Assembly: GCF_009914755.1 (NCBI RefSeq)
Contig: NC_060926.1
DNA length: 64,000 nt
Strand: one strand, 5' to 3'
Origin: the human T2T-CHM13v2.0 reference genome, Homo sapiens
In this document: positions 58,801 through 64,000 of the stretch, one piece after another
Numbering within the stretch: the stretch's first letter is position 1
Layout: each line of letters begins with the position of its first letter
Program-made: the position numbers and the translations under genes
The notes under the pieces: model-generated
The model's database searches: none
The model's input: the letters and a program-made list of their open reading frames with translations, nothing else
What the model was told of the DNA's origin: nothing

Positions 58801-59715
58801 ATCATCAATGAATGCAATCGAATGGTATAATCGAATGGAATCAAATGGAATCATCTTCGAGTGGAACAGAAAGGAATCGCCAAATGGACTCCAATGGAAT
58901 AATCATCGTATGGAATCGAGTGGAATCATCGAATGTACTCGAATGGAATCATCGAATGTACTCGAATGGAATCATCGAATGGAATCGAATGGAATCATGG
59001 TCGAACGGAAAAGAATGGAATCATCAAGTGGACACGAATGGAATCAACATCTAATGGAATGGAATGGAATCATCAAATGGAATGGAATGGAATCATCATC
59101 GAACGGAATAAAATGGAATCATCAAATGGAATCAAATGGAATCATCAATGAATGGAATCGAATGGTATCATGGAATGGAATTGAATGGAATCGTCTTTGA
59201 GTGGAATCTAAAGGAATCACCGAATGGACTCCAATCATCAGATGGAATCGAGTGGAATCATCGAATGTAGTCGAATGCAATCATCATCGAATGGAATTGA
59301 ATGAAATCAACGAATGGAATACAAAGGAATCATAGAATGGACTCGAATGGAATCATCATTGAATGGAATGAAATGGAATCATCGTGGAATGGAACTGAAT
59401 GGAATCATCGAATGGACTCGAAAGGAATTATGCTCGAATGGAATCTAATGGAATCATCAAATGGACTCAAATGGAATCATCATCGAATGAAATCGTATGG
59501 AATCATCGAATGCAACTGAATGGAATCATTGAATGGACTTGAAAGGAATTATTATGGAATGGAATTGAAAGGAATCATTGAATGGACTTGAAAGGAATCA
59601 TCATCAAGTGGAATCGAATGGAATCATTGAATGGACTCCAAGTGAATCTTTGAATGGAATCGAATCGAATCATCATTGAATGGAGTCAAATGGAATCATC
59701 ATCAAATGGAATTGA
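49894..59715 (+). repeat. Higher-order unit U9, composite variant B (9,822 bp)
   Basis: Same internal junctions as U2 at offset 43,361. Has a 262-bp deletion near 57050 and retains 212 bp missing from U2 near 14755 (9872-262+212=9822). Confidence 0.88.
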
Positions 59716-62700
59716 ATGGAATCTTCATTGAATGGACTCGAATGGAATCATCATCAAATGGAATCTAATCGAATCATCAATGAAGGGAATCGAATGGAAT
59801 CATCATCGAATGGAATCGAATGTAATCATCAACAAGTGGAAACGAATGAAATCATCGAATGGAATCCAATGGTGTCATCGAATGGACACGAAAGGAATCA
59901 TCGAATGGAATCCAATGGAATCACCATCGAATGGAATCAAATGGAATCACCATCGAATGGAATGTTATGAAATCATCTCATGGACTCGAAGGGAATCATC
60001 ATCGAATGGAATCGAATGGAATCATTGAATGAAATGGAAAGGAATCACCATCGAATGGAATGTTATGGAATCTTCTAATGGACTCGAAGGGAATCATCAT
60101 CAAATGGAATCGAATGGAATCATTGAATGCAATTGAATGGAATCATCATCAAATGGAATCGAATGGAATCATCGAATGGAATCTGAATGGAATCATGAAT
60201 GAATGGAATCAAATGGAATCATCTAATGGACGTGAATGGAATCATCATCGAAAGCAATGAAATGTAATTCAATCGAATGGACATGAATGGAATCATCATT
60301 GAATGGAATCAAATGGAATCCTCATCGAATGGAATCGAATGGAATCATCAAATGGAATAGAATGGAGTCATCGTCGAATGTAATCGAATGTAATCATCGA
60401 ATGGCATCGAATGGAATCATCAACTGGAAAAGAATGGAATCATCATCGAATGGAAATGAATAGAATCACAGAATGAAATCGAATGGAATCATCATCGAAT
60501 GGAGTCTAATGGAATAATCATCGAATGGAATAGAATGGAATCATCGAGTGGACACGAATGGAATCATCATTGAATGGAATCGAATAGAATCATCAAATGG
60601 ACTTGAATGGAAACAACATCGAATGGAATCGAATTTAGTCATTGAATTGCATTGAGTGGAATCATAATTGAATGGAATCTAAGGAAATCCTCGAATGGAC
60701 TGGAGTGGAATCATCGAATGGACTCGAGGGGAATCATCATCGAATGGCATCGACTGTAATCATCGATTGGACTCGAATGGAATCATCATTGAATGGAACC
60801 GAATGGAATCAACGAATGGACTCGAATAGAATCATCATCGAATGGAATCGAATGGAATCAAAGAATGGACTCTAATGGAGTCAACATCAAATGGAATCTA
60901 ATGGAATCATCTAATGGACCTGAAAGGAATCATCATTGAATGGAATCGAATGGAATCATCGAATGGACTCGAATGGAATCATCATCGAATGGAATCTAAT
61001 GGAATCATTGAATGGACTCGAATGGAATAATCGAATGGGCTTGAGTGGAATCATCATCAAATGGAATCGAATGGAATCATCAAATGGACTCGAATGGAAT
61101 CATCGTCAAATGGAATCGAATGGAATCATCATCAAAGGGAATCGAATGGAATCCTCATCGAATGGAATCGAACGGAATCATCATCGAATGGAATCACCAA
61201 ATTGAATCGAATGGATTGATCGTCAAAGACAATCGAAGGGAAACATCGAATGGGATTGAACGGAGTCATCGAATGGGATCGATAGGAATCATCGAATGGA
61301 TTCAAATGGAATCATCATCGAATGGAAACGAACGGAATCATCGAATGGACACGAATGGAATCATCATCAAATAGGATTGAATGGAATCATCAAATGGCAT
61401 CGAATGGAATCACCATTGAATGGAATCGAATGGAATCATCGAATGGCATCGAATGGAATCATCATCGAATAAAATCAAATGGAATAATCGAATGTACTCG
61501 AATGGAATCATCAAATGGATTTGAGAGGAATCATCATCGAATGGAATTGAACAGAATCATCAACAGGACTCGAATGGAATCCTCATTGAATGGAATCGAA
61601 TGGAATCATTGAATGGAGTCCAATGGAATCATCAGCAAATGGAATCTAATGGAATCATTGAATATCAACGAATGGAATCATCATCGAATGGAGTCGAATG
61701 GAATCATCAAATGAACTCGAATGCAATCATCATAGAATGGAATCGAATGGAATCTTTGAATGGACCTGAATGGAATCATCATCGAATGCAAACGAATGGA
61801 ATCATCATCAAAAGGAATCACGTGGAATCGTCAAATGGAAAAGAATTGAATAATCATAGAAAGGAATAGAATAGAATCATCGAATGAAACCGAATGGAAT
61901 CATCATCAAAAGGAATCACATGGAATCGTCAAATGGAAAAGAATTGAATAATCATGGAAAGGAATTGAATAGAATCATCGAATGAAACCGAATGGAATGA
62001 TCATCGTATGGAATCGAATGGAATCATCATCGAATGCAATTGAATGGAATCATCATCGAATGCAATCGAATTTAATCACGAACGAATGGAATTCAAAGGA
62101 ATCATCATCGAATGGAAACAAATAGAATCATCAAATGGACTCGAAAGGAATCATCGAATGGACTCGAATGGAGTTGTCATCGAATGGAATCAAATGGAAT
62201 CATCGAACGGAATTGAATCGAATCATCATTGAATGAAATCAAATGGAATCATCGAATGGACTCGAATGGAAGCAATATCAAATGGAATCGAAAGGAATCA
62301 TGGAATGCATTCAAAGGGAATAATCAAATGGACTCAAATGGAATCAACATCAAGTGGAATCGAAAGGAATCATCGAATGGACCAGAATGGAATCATCATC
62401 GAATGGAATCGAATGGAATCATCGAATGGACTTGAATGGAATCACTATCTAATAGAACCGAATGGAATCATCATGGAATGGAACCGGAAGGAGTCATTAT
62501 CAAATGGAATCCAATGACATCATTGAATGGACTCGAATGGAATCATCATCAACTGGAATTGAATGGAATCATCGAACGGACTCCAGTGGAATCATCGGAG
62601 AATGGAATCGAATGGAATTATCAAACGGACTCGAATGGAATAAACTTTGAATGGAATCGAAGGGAATCATCAAATGGAATCGAATGCAATCATCGAACAG

Positions 62701-64000
62701 AATCGAATGCCATCACCGAATGGAATCCAATGGAATCACCATTGAATGGACTCGAATGGAATCATCATTGAATGGAATCGAATGGAATCATCGAATGGAC
62801 TCGAATGGAATCATCATCGATTGGAATCAAATGGAATCATCGAATGGAATCGAAAGGAATCATCATCAACTGTAATGAACTGGAATCACTGAATGGAATC
62901 GAATGGAATCGTCATCAAAAATAATCGAATAGAATAATCAAATGGAATCAAATGCAATCAACATCAAATGGAATCGAATGGAATCATAGAATGACATCGA
63001 ATGGAATCCTCATCGAATGGAATCAAAGGGAATCAATATCGAATGGAATCGAAAGCAATCACTGAATGGACTTGAATACAATCATCAAATGGATTTGAAG
63101 GGAATCCTCATTGAATGGAATAGAACAAAAACATTGAATGGACACGAATGGAATCATCATCGAATGGAATCAAATGGAGTCATCAAATGGACTCGAATGG
63201 AATCATCATCAAATGGGATCATCATCAAATGGAATCGAATGGAGTCATCGAATGGACACGAATGAATGAACAAGTGGACTCGAATGGAAACATCAAACAG
63301 AATCGAATGGAATCATCGAAAGTAATTGAATGGAATTATTGAATGGACTCGAATGGAATCATCTAATGGACACGAATGGAATAATCATGAAATGGAATCG
63401 AATGGAATCATCAAATGGACTCGAATGAATGGAATCATTGAATGGACTCGAATGGAATCATCGAATGGACTCAAATGGAATCATCATCAAATGGAATCGA
63501 ATGGAATCATTGAATGGACTCGAATGGAATCATCACATGGAATCAAACCGAATCGTCATCGAATGGAATCGAATGGAATCATCGAATGGAATTGAAGGCA
63601 ATCATCATCGAATGGAATCGAATGGAATCATCATCAAATGGAATCAAGCGGAAGGAATCATCAAATGGAATCAAATGGAATCATTGTTGAATGGAATGGA
63701 ATGGAATCATTGAATGGAATTGAACGGGATCACCAATGAACGGAATCAAATGGAATCATCTTCTAATGGAATCGAAAGGAATCATCAAATACACTCGAAT
63801 GGAATCATCATCGAATGGAATCGTGTGGAATCGTCGAATGAACTGGAAATGAATCATAATCAAATGCATTTAAAATGAATCATCATCGAAAGGAATCAAA
63901 TGGAATCATCATCGAATGGAATCATACGGAAACATCACAGAATGGAATTGAATGGAATCACCAGTTGGACTCGAATGGAATCATCAAATGTACTCGAAGG
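59716..64000 (+). repeat. Higher-order unit U10, variant C (truncated by window end)
   Basis: Matches U3 at constant offset 43,311 (16405/59716, 19706/63017) with shared C-markers. Confidence 0.88.

Larger units (their letters stand above)
1..64000 (+). repeat. Human satellite II (HSat2/HSATII)-type pericentromeric satellite array, GGAAT strand = +
   Basis: Every line is a diverged GAATGGAATCATC(ATC)GAATGGAATC / GAATGGACTC repeat. The reverse complement CATTCGATTC / GATGATTCCATTC is the hallmark of HSat2 rather than HSat3, which is mostly pure CATTC. No unique sequence and no strand switch seen. Confidence 0.96.

Noticed and set aside
195-63713. Hundreds of 60-144 aa + strand ORFs (MESSNGIEWNH-like)
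   Set aside because: They overlap in all three frames, are translations of the satellite, start at ATG within GAATGG and end at sporadic stops. The consensus + strand has almost no stop codons, whereas the - strand is full of TGA, which explains the strand bias. Similar 'proteins' are known spurious annotations from human satellite contamination.
1-64000. CRISPR-like array or microbial repeat system
   Set aside because: There are no unique spacers between constant repeats; all sequence is derived from the same pentamer, and no cas or other genes are present.
1-64000. HSat3, alpha-satellite/CENP-B boxes, telomeric repeat, or embedded Alu/L1/ERV insertion
   Set aside because: The dominant motif is CATTCGATTC/GATGAT (HSat2). 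I saw no 171-bp period, TTAGGG runs, poly-A tails or non-satellite stretch.

Overview
The whole 64-kb window is one uninterrupted, single-orientation block of classical Human Satellite II-type DNA (HSat2/HSATII), with GGAAT on the + strand and CATTC on the - strand. It is built from 10/13/16-bp GAATGGAATC(ATC)0-2 blocks that form 23- and 26-bp monomers rich in TCGA. I see no credible protein-coding gene, RNA gene, transposon or CRISPR array; all listed ORFs are satellite translation artefacts. The real content is a nested higher-order architecture. A ~6.5-kb base unit occurs in four structural variants: A ~6.3-6.5 kb, B ~9.8 kb composite, C 6,490 bp and D 4,671 bp deletion variant. Their order is (D)-A-B-C-D-D'-A/C-D-A-B-C. 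This parses as an ancestral ~27.5-kb ABCD super-repeat, expanded to ~43.3 kb by two recent nested tandem duplications (11,134 bp and 4,671 bp). Both crossover points can be mapped to about 90 bp from diagnostic variants. Also visible are apparent gene-conversion patches, a variable pure (GGAAT)n tract and small indels quantised to the monomer lengths. Species and chromosome cannot be assigned from the sequence alone. All comparisons were made by eye and by arithmetic on ORF-track coordinates, not by computed alignment. I found no evidence for a new gene-based biological system.
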